64,000 nt of DNA from positions 496,001-560,000 of the forward strand of contig CM039006.1 in the NCBI GenBank assembly GCA_017499595.2. The letters run 5' to 3'. The DNA is from Psilocybe cubensis. Lineage: Eukaryota. Shown piece by piece: positions 52,441 through 64,000 of this stretch. The notes beneath the pieces are model-generated. The model made no database searches, had not been told where the DNA came from, and worked only from the letters and a program-made list of their open reading frames with translations. Position 1 is the stretch's first letter. Each line of letters begins with the position of its first letter. The translations under genes were made by a program, and so were the position numbers.

Positions 52441-53153
52441 GACAGCTTATTATCCAGTCCACAATCTCTCAATTAGATCCTGTGGCTATTAAGTATTTGC
52501 AGCAGCAATATAAATCCTAACCCAGTTGAGTTACATGCACGAAACTTTGATGGCATTGTTGACATTGCAAAACAATCAATTTTTAACACTCATTTGTTTT
52601 GCTCATTTCTACATCCGGTTTCTGGTCAAAAAAAAGTAGGATCATATATAACTTATACACTAAAGCTTTTATTTCAATTTTCAGAAGAAATGGAGCACGG
52701 GAAGGTGGGTAAAGCGAATCAGTGGTAAAACCGAACGTCTGCTCAATAATAATATTGCCGTTAGATCTTCGATCCTGGATTTGTTGGATTTAAGACGGCA
52801 CGTTAAAATCGACCGATTAACCAGACTTGCCCATTGCGCTGACTTTCAAGTTCCACGGCGGACACTTAAATTTAAGGTAACCCCAACTATTCCTCAGGGA
52901 ATGATACAGAGTCTGTCCTGTAAGGTCTAAGATGTACATCATCAATTCGACAAAAATATTAGAATGGGCTGGAAGAAATGCAATCACCGGTGGAACTGTG
53001 TGTATTCCGTAAGGTGATGAAGTCTCTGACACTCTCGCACTTGCCGCACGCTTGCCGTCTGTTACAGCGTAACAGCACGCAATTGTGACCGTTCCGGCGT
53101 CAATTCAATGTTGATCAATTTGGAACATTGGCAACTTGTAACCCTGTGTTGTG

Positions 53154-56100
53154 ATGACGGTAAGACCGGGCACCAGGAAAAGAGCGTGGCTAGCCTGCGT
53201 GCGACCTATTTTTGCGTGCTGCGCATAAATGCTATTCGGTGAATTTGCGTGCAAATTGACAGATCTTGCGTGTACATGTCATTGAAATGCGTGCAGCGTC
53301 ATTGAGGTAGCGTGATATATGCGTGCATATCTCAACACAAATCTGACATTTAGCAAGTTGTACTAAGTACTAGATATACTATTGTAAGCACTGGATTGTT
53401 ATACACCTTTCTTTTCATTTAAATAGACTCTGACTCCAGAACAAGTGGTGTATAGCCTAATAAGGTACTATTCCCCCACATAATTTTCGTCTTTCACTCG
53501 CTACTGAGTTGTCAACAGAAGACTTCTGAATTCTTTTGGAGTTAGTGGACCTTCCTCCTTACGAGCTTTATGCAAATTAATAAGGACATGATGAAACGAG
53601 ATCATAAGCAGCCAGAAGTCACCACTACAGACTCAGGATACATGAGTACTATACTTTCTTCATCTTCATTTATTCATGGAATAGATGCCATCCCTTAGAT
53701 ATCCATACCGCACTTGGATTCAAATAGCATCAAGGCAGTTGAAGAAGACAACACTACCAGTCCATCTAAGGATGCACCTACGGCACAAGGTGTGAATATA
53801 AAAGTATTTTCAAGCCGTACTACACCGTTGATACACAATACAAATGACAATATCTCTATAATTATCCCTCCACAAGCGGCTGGGATGTACAGTGAACTTT
53901 TCATTGAATACATTTTTTCAGTAGGATACTTCGAGCCAGAAACGCATAAGTTCGTACTGGCGTGCAAGATGAATCTGTGTGCGGGGTCATCGCGTGCGAA
54001 CCACAGGTGTTAGCGTGTCAATTACACGCAATAATCGGGTCGCGTATCATCGCGTGTCCTCGCGTGCACGTGGGAAAGTAGGTCGCGTGCTGCTTGCGTG
54101 TCAGATGCGTGAGTTTGAGTGCGATTAGCGTGCTGTGATGTCACGCTCATCGTCGTTCGACGACACCAAATACTTGTCCAAAGGACAAAAAAAAAGATTT
54201 TATTCAAGTTCGCGGGACTGGTAATGTGGTCGGACATCATTGAATAAAAGGTGTTGCCGGATGCAATGCGGCTGGTCGCGTAGTCGGCCGGAGATGGTGT
54301 CGAGGAACACGCCCAGGTACACCAAATCATCCAAGCAAGCTAACTGTGCTCATAAGTAGGACGTGATAGCAATGCTGAAGTCACAAGAAAACAGGATTTA
54401 CCTCTGTATAGTAGAATTTTGAGTAGATGTCTATTAATTAAGCCAAATGCTATAAATGGCAAGAATCATGCAAGTGTGCTGGCAAGGCATTGAATAATTA
54501 TCATTTATTATTGAACTAATCCAGTAGAAGAGAATCCTTGTTTCCTTACGCACGAGATAAACGAGTACTGGCGGGAAATAATCCAACACTATATGTGACA
54601 TTGCGTGCAGAACACATCCATGTGCGTGCAGAACACAGTTGTTGCGCAAAAATGCGTGTCACGCAGGCACACGCAAAAACGCACGCACGCGAGCAGCCAC
54701 GCTGATTTCTGTATGCCCCGGTAAGACCCAATCAATTCTTATAAAATGGGTTTAATTCAACCTTCAGTAGGCTTTTGGGCTAAGAGTTACCTTCCCTTAC
54801 GAATCGGGCACCGATTATGACTTCGACAAGCGGATTGCATTTTGGGATTCTCCCGACACGATTAAATGGTTCAAGAACCATGGATATGCATTGTATCGAC
54901 GGAGTGGATATGCTGGAGAAGAAACAATAACATTCCCTGTGTTTCCTTCGGACGCCACGAATGATTTTGTTGAAGCCAATTACCCATATGCCCACCATGA
55001 TTTGAGGACAGCGGACCCTGATGAAGGGTACGAGCGAGATCCTCCTTTGTTGGCCCAAGAATCGACTGTAAGTAAACGTATCATTCTACCCAATGGATAT
55101 CGTACTAGTATAACGCTTTCCGCAGGGAAAAATCGCATTCGCTCAGGATTCTCTCAAACGACATGTTGCAATCAAACTTGTCCGAGATGACACTGAGGAA
55201 TATCGAGTGCTACGGTTTCTGAGTCAGCAAAGTATGGATGTGCTGAAGGCAAACTGTATTATTCCGGTACTCGATCTTTTACCGATTGAAGGATTCTGGT
55301 TTGCAGTGATGCCTAGGTAAGATCAACCTATAATATCGACCTTGCTGCTCTCATTTAGACTTGTAGATGGGGAACTGCCATCTACCGGCCTGCTCCGAAA
55401 AATCTTTTTGAAACCATTGATATCATTCATGCATGGTTAAAGGTATAGTGACTCCTACCCTAGCGACAACCTTTTTTGATTTGCATCACAGGGCCTGAAC
55501 TATCTGCATGAACATAATATCTCCCATGGTGTTGGTGTCACTTTTCTGATTCTATTTTGCCCCTTCGATGAAGGCCTAATTATTAACAATAGGACGTTAA
55601 AGAGGACAATATTTTGGTGAACCATTTTGGAGATATTCAGTTTATGTCCCGCTCTGGGGGGCGAGCTGAGCTATGCAGTAAAAAGTCTCTTTCGTACGCG
55701 CTCTTTGACTTTGACTTTGCTGTGATGCTTGCACCAGATGAGGATAGGACAAAATTTCGTTTGCCATACCAGCGCTCTTGGGGTTCGTTCAACGCAAGCC
55801 ATGACACGGCGGCTGGGGAGTATGACTATAGCCCCTTCATTCTTGATGTGGGAACCTGCGGCGTCGAATTGTGTGCAAGACATCAAGTACATTTCTTTCT
55901 TATTTTGTCTTGAAAGGAGAAAGAGCTAAATATTTTACTTAGCACATAACTCCGTATCTTCCTCTCTTAGCACCCCTTCTGGATAGGATGACAACTTGGG
56001 ATCTTCGTCGTCGGTTCACCGCCTTAGAAGCCCTACAATTCTTCGAGCAAAGTCTTTCCGAGATGTCGCAAAAGGAATTGGAAACTCCACACCCCACAAT

Positions 56101-56347
56101 GTCACGTCCAAGGGTCACGTACTTGAATTGTGACAGATGGGCGAGTTTGCCTCTGGACTTGAAAGAAAAGTGGAAGATGCATAAGACGCCGCCTATTCCG
56201 TGGCACCTGAAGTTCCTTCGTGTCGTGAACTGCCGCCTGCACCGATTTCCCCATTTCATTCCGCAGACACGACGGTTTTTTGCAGGCCTTACGTCCCTAG
56301 TACATAGACTTTATAAGGTTGTGTTTCGGGCAGTTATCCATGTGTAA
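53154..56347 (+). CDS. AgaK1-like protein kinase, copy 1 (element inside intron 1)
   Basis: ATG ACG micro-exon, then from 54771 AFGLRVTFP..FWDSPDT, HVAIKLV, YLHEHNISHG/DVKEDNIL, LFDFDFA, LLDRMTTWD. Confidence 0.78.
53168..54718. mobile_element. Non-autonomous Mutator(MULE)-like DNA element, ~1.55 kb
   Basis: Perfect 10-bp direct repeat CGGTAAGACC at 53158-53167 and 54719-54728. Imperfect ~50-bp TIRs starting GGGCA...AGCGTGGCT...TTTTTGCGTG. Many GCGTG motifs. Superfamily inferred from TSD length and G-start. Confidence 0.85.
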
Positions 56348-56636
56348 TAGAGAGTACGATAAGGTGGTCTTGAAGGTGACAGAGGATGATTGAATGTAGA
56401 TCATGCTGGCATTAATGTGCATTTCCATCTTGAGATTTGCCAATGAAAGCGATGTAGGTGATCAAGCAAAGAAACATTCGTCTACAGAAGTATTTTGTAA
56501 ATACACGGGTAGGGTGTTAGGTATAATATGGCAGAAGAAAGGCTGATATATAGCCGCACAGAGGCGGACACATGCTTTTTTTGGGTTGTATCAATGATCA
56601 TCATAAGCAAAAAAAAATATAACACAAAATCGGAGG

Positions 56637-58319
56637 TCAGGTTGCAATCTTGGAAGGGAATATTGACCGGTAAGCATGGGCGATCAACGATTTGGTACGG
56701 ATAAAGAACAAGCATGTTTTGGGCATGAGGTGGGGACACCTAGTAGCTGTGAGACGGTATAAAGCACGGAGTATCCTTAGCCTCCAGGAAACAGGCGGAG
56801 TCTTGTAACATTTCCATTTTTCCACCACATTGCAGGGAATGTTCTCCCATCTATTGCATGTCGTATATTTTCCAGTAATCATTTCTTCGGGTATGCCGAC
56901 TTCAAGAAGTTGTTCTGGGAACTCTGCCAGTCTCTCTTCAAAAAATTGCAGGGCTTCGGATGCTGTGAAACGATTGATGATGTCCCAAGTTGTCATTTTA
57001 TCAAGTAACGGGGCCAAAAGCGGAAGTACAGGTGCCAGATGCTGGGAAAATGTTATTCAAGATCGCAAGATGAAAACCAATAATGACTCATTAAATACCT
57101 GATGATATTTGCAAAGGGTTGCGCCTAGGATCCCAACATCAAACGCGAATGGGTCATAATCACATTCTCCCCCGGCGGTGTCGTAGACAATATTGAACGT
57201 TCCCCAAGATCTATCATAGGGAAGTCGGAAATCCCGTCGGTCGACTCCAGCTGGTAGCATAACGGAGAAGTCGTAGTCATAGAGGCCGTACAGAATTTTT
57301 CCGCCGTGGCGAAGACCTTCACGCCGCTTGCATGAAAGGTAGGCGTCCGAAAAATGATTTAATAGAATATTACTCCTATTAATGTCCTGCCAGGATGAAG
57401 ATAGAGACGTAAGCACGCGATTAATCGAGTCATGTAGCAGGAAGTGCTGACTCCATGTGCAATATTATTTTCATGAAGGTACTTCAATCCCTATAATAAA
57501 TGTGTTCATTGATTTCACAAGGCCCTGTAGTTTCCAAATAACGAACCTTTAACCATGAATGCATGATATCAACAACCTCTTTTAAAATTCCGGGCGCAGG
57601 TTCGTAGATATCTGTTCCCCATCTTTGACAATAAAAATGTGGTTAGAAAACTGAGTTTTTTTAGGAAAGTACCTCGGCATGATTGCAAACCAAAATCCTT
57701 CGATAGGTAGAAGGTCCAAAACAGGCAGGATGCAGTTGTCCCTCAGTGCTTTCTGGTCTTGCTGACTCAAAAACCGTAGAATACGGTATTCGTCCGTGTC
57801 GTCGCGTACAAGTTTGATTGCAACGTGTCTTTTACAGGAATCCTGAGCGAACACGACTTTACCCTGTGTGACCGTAAAGCAAAAGTGAGAAATTTGACTC
57901 GTCAAGGCAAAGAAAGCGGGCCAACTAACAGTTGATTCTATCACACGCAAGGGAACGTTGTAATTTTCATCTGGAGCATCTGTAGTAGTCATATCGTGGT
58001 ATGCATAGGGATACTCAGCCTCTATAAATTCTTCATTTGAGTCGGGAGGTAAGGTGGGCCCCATGGTTTCGGTTGGTTCTAGTTCCAATCCTTCCGGATC
58101 CCAACCAAGGTATATCCGTCGATATAGATGGTATCCTTTAAGCTTGAACCACTGGATGGTATCGGGGGAGTCCCAGAAGGTGAATCTCTCCTCATTGTCG
58201 TACGGCTCACCAGGTTCAAATGGGAATGTGATTTTGAGGGTAGGGAGCTACAAGGGCAATGGTGTCATGGTTTTTTATACGCTACCGGTGACTGCAAAAT
58301 CAAGAAAGCATACCTCCAT
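56637..58319 (-). CDS. AgaK1-like protein kinase, copy 2
   Basis: ATG GAG micro-exon, FWDSPDT, RHVAIKLV, YLHENNIAHG/DINRSNIL, YDYDFS, LLDKMTTWD. Confidence 0.85.
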
Positions 58320-58579
58320 GCCAACAACAACCTGCAGCCAATCTTGTTAATTTTACTCTTCGTTGTTCGATGGGTAGGCGCAAGGCCACGATTGGCTCAT
58401 GCTGTCTGACTTTTAATCAGGCAAGGTTCGGCAAACTTCGCCAATGCCTCCGCATCAACTCACGCATCAACATCAACAATTTCACAAATACGAAGTCCAA
58501 CCAAAGTTCAACGCAAGCTCAACTCCTAGCAGACTTCTTGTAGTTATAAGACATTACCTTGAAAAAGCCCGATTTTAAT

Positions 58580-60246
58580 ATGGAGGTGAGCCCTGCTTCC
58601 TGTATGATATTGAAGCTGCTAAATTATGGTAGTCACCTCCCCTCAAAGTCACATTTTCGTTTGAGGCAGGACAACGTGATTTTGACGAGTCAGAGCGTCA
58701 GGAGTTTTGGGACTCCCCTGACACCATCGAATGGTTTAAGCTCCGTGGATACACTCTGTACCAGCGTGGATACGCTACCTATTCGACGGGGGAAACATGG
58801 CCAACGGACTCGTCGTATCCTGTCTTCCCCCCGGAGTCCGACGGCGAATTTATTGATGTCGAGTATCCATATTCATCGTACGACATTACTTTCAATGTCA
58901 GGAAGGGTTGCCCACCTCAACCTCTCCTTGGCGCCTGTGAGATGAGTGTGAGTACAACTAGCGTTGCTGCCTTTCAATTAACGAAAACCAAACAAATAGG
59001 GAAAAGTTGTGTTTGCACAAGACACGCATAAGCGACATGTTGCGATTAAAATTGTGCATGCTGACACGGACGAGTATCGTGTGCTACGATTTTTGAGCCA
59101 ACAGAACCTTGAGGTGTTGAAGGAGAACTGTATCCTTCCTGTCCTGGATTTGTTACCCAATGATGGATTCTGGTTTGCTGTTATGCCGAGGTAGGCCGTT
59201 CCTTGACCTATACCCCAGTCCCGCCTGATGAATTGTTTTGACTTTGAGATGGGGGTCGAATCTTTTTCGTCCTTTCTTTACCTATACGTTCGAAATCATT
59301 GATATCATGCATTCATGCTTGAAGGTGCGTTAAAGCCCAGCCACCTCATTTCATTCAATTTTCTGACATAAAACATAGGGATTAAGCTATCTTCACGAAC
59401 ACAATATCGTTCATGGGGTACGTCTTGTTCAATTCTGATAATCCGGATGAACTGTGTACTAACACCAACACCAGGACATCAAGTTTGAGAACATGTTGTT
59501 AAGCCATTTTTCCAACATGTCAAATGTAAGCTTCAATCATATAAATGTATGGTGTAAAGAGCGTCGAGAAAATAGGGTAATCCGATACGCCCTTTGCGAC
59601 TACGATTGCTCGATTATGTTTCCGCCCACAGCGAATAAAACGGACTGTCGACTCCCCCATTACGAGTCCTGGGGCACGTTCAATCTAAGCTACGATACAG
59701 CAGGTGGAGAGTACGACTATGATCCGTTTGCCTTGGATGTGGGCGGGCTTGGTGTACAATTTTCTCAGAATTTCGGCGTAGGTTTCGTTTCATTTCGCGT
59801 ACTATGAAATGAGATTGTTGAACCAATAAATTGATCTCTAGGTTGTAGCAGCCAAGATTCACTTTCTGGCACCATTGATCGATAAGATGACAACTTGGGA
59901 TATCAGTCAACGATTCACGGCATCGGAGGCTCTCATATTTTTTGAAGAACGTCTAGCGGAAGTTCCAGAAGAGGCACTCCGTGATCACATCAGAGGCGCT
60001 CACCCCGATAAGGCCTATTTAGAATGGGACATATGGGAAGATGTTCCTGCTGAATTTGCAGAGGAATGGAAAATATACAGGACCCCACCCATCCCTTGGC
60101 ATCTACAAACACTCCGCTTCTTGGACCGACACTTGTCAAGATTGAATCCGTATATCCTCCCCAAGACCCGGTTCTACCTGTCGTGTCTGGCGTCTGTGTT
60201 TAAAACAGTTTACAGTTTTGTTTTCTCCTCGAAAATTGCCATTTAA
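58580..60246 (+). CDS. AgaK1-like protein kinase, copy 3
   Basis: ATG GAG micro-exon, FWDSPDT, RHVAIKIV, YLHEHNIVHG/DIKFENML, LCDYDCS, LIDKMTTWD. Confidence 0.85.
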
Positions 60247-60514
60247 TCCAGATCATCATCACCTAATGTTTTAAAAACCTCGTTCAATTTCTTCATGTCC
60301 ATATTATGGTCATAATTTGCCACGTTCGGTTTCCTCTGGCATCTCTAGATTTACCTGGATAATTATTTCAAACATTCATTCTGTCGATATCTCAGCACAT
60401 GGAAAAATTTGTTCAGAAATCACTGGCTGTTCTGGTGGTATAGTTCATGTTACTTGTGCTTTGTTTTTTTTAGGTAAATCTTTTCTCCAATTGATGGTTT
60501 CAACCCTTTCAACA

Positions 60515-60864
60515 ACAGGTATTCATGGCTAAGGAGTTTGAAAAACACCGAGCTTGTTCTTTCAGCTTTACATGGGCCATGACGACAAAGTGGTGGGTGT
60601 GATTTGAAATCCTTTACTAAGCATTTTTTAATTGCTTCACCTTTGAAGACGATCAGCCTTCTAGAACGTGCATGGAAAAGTGGTTTCGATGTCTGTATAT
60701 TAACGTTGGACAGGCTCACGGAACGTTCCCTGCACCTAAAGAACCTGCAAACTTATTAGACAGCTCATTATCCAGTCCATAATCTCTCAATTAGATCCTG
60801 TGGCTATTAAATATTTGCAACAGCAATATAAATCCTAACCCAGTTGAGTTACATGCACGAAACT
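60515..60864 (+). pseudogene. Internally deleted relic of the alpha-hydroxy acid oxidase gene
   Basis: 60515-60712 matches ~51282-51476 including an intron. 60715-60864 matches ~52397-52546 (end of CDS and 3' flank). Confidence 0.9.
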
Positions 60865-61305
60865 GTAAGGCGCGCCAACCCCTAGGAGTCACGTCGATTC
60901 CAAGGTGACGGCATTGCAATTGGTCATCGTGAGAAAACGCCTACTTGGACATTCGTTAGCCGACATAACCGCCACATCTCTCCTCTGCTAACGCCGTGCT
61001 TTGGCCTTCCTAACGATTCTTCCCAGCCTCTAGAACTTGCTCTCCGTTCAAATACCAAGTCCGAGTTTGTCATAACAATAGAATGTTTACGACACGGAAA
61101 TAGGCAGCCAAATTTACCCCCCCACTCTCTTCATGTGATTTTTAAGACGCGCTGTGGAAACGATGCAGGAAACTATTTCTCATGTCAGAGGATGTAAATC
61201 CCACCTCCGCGCGGCAGTGATTATCGTCAGGAGAGTGGTTTTTACTACTTGCATTTACCCACTTCCTATACTGTTCCAATCCCGCAGAGGCAAGGCTCGC
61301 TAAAC

Positions 61306-62651
61306 ATGGGCAACATTGGTTCGCAAAGTTTCTCTCCTTCAACGGATCTGGTGGATCTGAAAGGAAAAGTGATCATTGTTACTGGAGGAAAGTGCGTCCT
61401 ATTATTTGATTCTCTACCTGGATGTGGGATGAACCTATGGTTTGTCGATACAGTCGTGGAATAGGATTGGCTACCGTCAGACATCTTGCGAGAGCGGGTG
61501 CCAAGGTATACCTTGCTGCAAGAGATGAGTCCAAAGCTACTGGCGCGATAGCTCAGCTGGAACACGAAGGATTGGGTCCGGGGAATGGTGAGGTGATATG
61601 GTTGAAGTTGGACCTTTCGGACCCGAGGGACGCAAAGAAAGGTGCAGAGGAATTCCTGAAGCGTGAATCTAGGTTGGATATTTTAGGTCAGTTTATTGAT
61701 TAAAACGTGGACTATAGTCTAATACTATTTCAGTGAATAATGCGGCACTGTACGTCTCGTGCAACTAACAGTATGTGTTATTGATTAATCAACCGTAGGA
61801 TGCAAGGTGATTTTACCATTGGACCAGATGGTAAGACCACATTCGGAGAATAATAAAACCACGCGCTAATTCTCTGTAGGAGTGGCCACCATGGTTGTGA
61901 TAAAGTGCGCTCGATTTTTCACGCATGACTCCATTCTTTACTGAGGAACGAAACAGCTACATTAGTCCGTTCGTTTTCACACAGACTCTTATCCCACTTC
62001 TACAACAAACTGCAAAGGAGAATAATTCTGATGTTCGAATTGTCAATGTATGTCTATTAAGTCTCGAAACTCTTCCACAAGTTGACATTCCCTGATAGGT
62101 CACATCGATTATGCACAAAATGGTTTCGGTCCCCAATTTAAAATTCGATGAACCTGCAGACTTCAATCTTGATTTCCGGGGGAAGTATTTTGCAGGTCTC
62201 CAACGCTATGGCAAGTCAATACACAGTATTTTGGTGAAACTTCCAACCGTTTACCTTGATTATCATAGGCTACTCAAAGCTGATAATGTCTTTATGGACC
62301 AAGTCCCTTCATCGACGATTGAATGCAGACAAGACGGCACCTATTACTGTGATTGCAGTACATCCTGGAGGAGTCGACACCTTCTCCCATAATTGGCCCC
62401 TTCCCAAAATTACGGGATTTCTAGCCCGTTTGGCTATCTCGACCACAGATGTAGGAGCGTACACATCAGTATTTGCTGCAGCTGGGAAGAAAGTGGCGGA
62501 TAACAAGCAGGTGTATCAAGGAGCCTATTTAGAGAACAAACCAACTGGCAAAATCGCGGAGCCGTACAAGGCAGTTTTGGACGAGGCTCTTGGAGATCAA
62601 CTGTGGGAGACTACCGTGAAGTTTTTAGGAAATATCGGTGTTGTAGTTTGA
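61306..62651 (+). CDS. Short-chain dehydrogenase/reductase (retinol-DH-like)
   Basis: DLKGKVIIVTGG/NRGIG, RLDIL/VNNA, VRIVN/VTS, YGYSK, AVHPGGV. Confidence 0.9.
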
Positions 62652-63176
62652 TTCACATCTCCCATTTATGTACCCTCCCAAGTCCTCCACGTCGGAAAGT
62701 CCTAACTGCAAGAAAGCTTCCCATCTACAGACCATCCCGACATCCAGGCAGGATCAGCGGTATCAACTGTTACCCGCTATTCAGCTCTTGTTTTCTCGCC
62801 ATCCCTCGCCAATGCACTTCCATTTTTTCATTCAGGATTATCATTTTATGCATCTATCATCGTACAACTGAAAACAGGAAAGTGGCAGCTTACAGTCGCA
62901 CAATTTTAATTCCACTCTGTAAATGCGAAATCACAGACAGAAAATCAAGGACTCGTACCGCCGTGCGAAGCGACGGCCTTCAACTCAAGTTATGCATCTA
63001 TCATTGTACAACTGAAAATGTTCTAATATGTTTTTCAATCCTGAGTCTGCAATATTTAAGCTCTATAATTCTCTGCCGAAGGTTACCGAGTTGCTTGTTC
63101 CCAAGGAAATTGTCAAACATGAGTTTCATAATTGGAACCTTTTCTGAAGGTTTGCAGTTTGCTTTCCGCTTCTCCG

Positions 63177-64000
63177 ATGTTCTCTGCTGCTGTGGTGTTG
63201 CGAAATGCGCGCCCGAATCTAGTTCGCTCATTAATGTACACGACAACCACCATTGCAGGTGTCAAGGCTATCTCCTCATTGTCCCAATTCTCTCCCAAGC
63301 TCCTCAATGGCAATGGTCACCGGGGCTACGCCACCGAAAACAAAATAAAATCCACCTCCTCCTTCGTACCGGGGTCCAAGCAGCCTATCACCGACGAGGC
63401 AGCCCAGCAGGAATATGCTAAAGCAGAGGCAGCCATGAAAACTTCCGTCGAGTGGTTCAGGAAGGAGTGTGCAGCTTCCGAGGCGCGTGCCCTTGGACGC
63501 GTTACGCCCGCGTTGCTGTCCCCAGTGCGGGTCAAGCTCCCCGACACGGACAAGTCGGTGAGGTTAGAGGAGCTGGCGACGGTCGGCGTGCGGGAGGGCT
63601 CGACGCTGCTCATCACGTTGTATGACGAACATGTGAGGTTCATCCGAGTGCTGGCATTCTTTCCTCTATCATGAATACTCACCTTGTGATATTAGTAGTC
63701 CATAAAACATGTCGAAGCGGCGCTATATGACTCGGGTATTCCGGGAGTTGTCCCACATCGACAGGACAATCGGACCATTAAAGTTCCTATTCCCAAGTAA
63801 GTCCGCTACCTGCGTCCAGAAATAATTCTGATAGATATCTACTCGTCCATCCAGACCAACAGTGGAAGCACGAAAGGAACTATTCACAATTGCAAAACGA
63901 AAAGCTGAAGACATCCGGGTCCAAATCCGAAAACAGCACGCTGCCAGCTTGAAGCGCGGCAAATACGAGAAGCATTCCGTTGAACTAGAGGAGGTAATTG
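63177..64000 (+). CDS. RRF1: Mitochondrial ribosome recycling factor, runs off the window end
   Basis: Arg/Ser-rich presequence-like N-terminus, then GRVTPALLSPVRV, LEELATV, IKVPIPK/PTVEARKEL...KAEDIRVQIR. Confidence 0.85.

Noticed and set aside
58248..58268. In-frame TAG after MTPLPL suggesting kinase copy 2 is a pseudogene
   Set aside because: The TAG is the intron acceptor. An upstream ATG GAG|GTATGC micro-exon matches copy 3.
62603..63421. 272-aa ORF overlapping the SDR end and RRF start
   Set aside because: Non-ATG start, no domain, and overlaps two better-supported genes.
1..64000. CRISPR array, rRNA, autonomous transposase, or secondary-metabolite backbone gene
   Set aside because: No repeat-spacer array, rRNA-like sequence, intact transposase/RT ORF, or PKS/NRPS/terpene synthase motifs were seen.

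Overview
Intron-rich fungal genomic DNA, most likely an Agaricales basidiomycete (inferred from ~50-60 nt GT-AG introns, intron-containing tRNAs and an AgaK1-like kinase triplet). The window looks like a birth-and-death region of redox/detoxification paralogs: aldo-keto reductases (three intact-looking, one interrupted by a TIR element, two relics), a GST, two SDRs, an FMN alpha-hydroxy-acid oxidase plus a deleted relic, and an EthD-like protein. It also holds a bZIP factor, an eIF4E-family gene, C2H2 zinc-finger genes and fragments, an F-box gene, three tRNA-Lys genes and the 5' part of mitochondrial RRF. Most notable observations: (1) an 810-bp long-TIR element in AKR exon 1 whose internal hairpin loop is flipped between the two TIRs; (2) a MULE-like element whose 10-bp TSD duplicates the splice donor of a 2-codon first exon; (3) tRNA-Lys genes with identical exons but CTT versus TTT anticodons; (4) a sharp gene-conversion-like boundary between inverted AKR copies; (5) an AKR with His->Ala in the catalytic tetrad; (6) a zinc-finger gene with all eight introns directly before the first zinc-binding His. 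I found no biosynthetic backbone gene, CRISPR array or demonstrably new multi-gene system. All exon structures and identities were read by eye and need computational confirmation.
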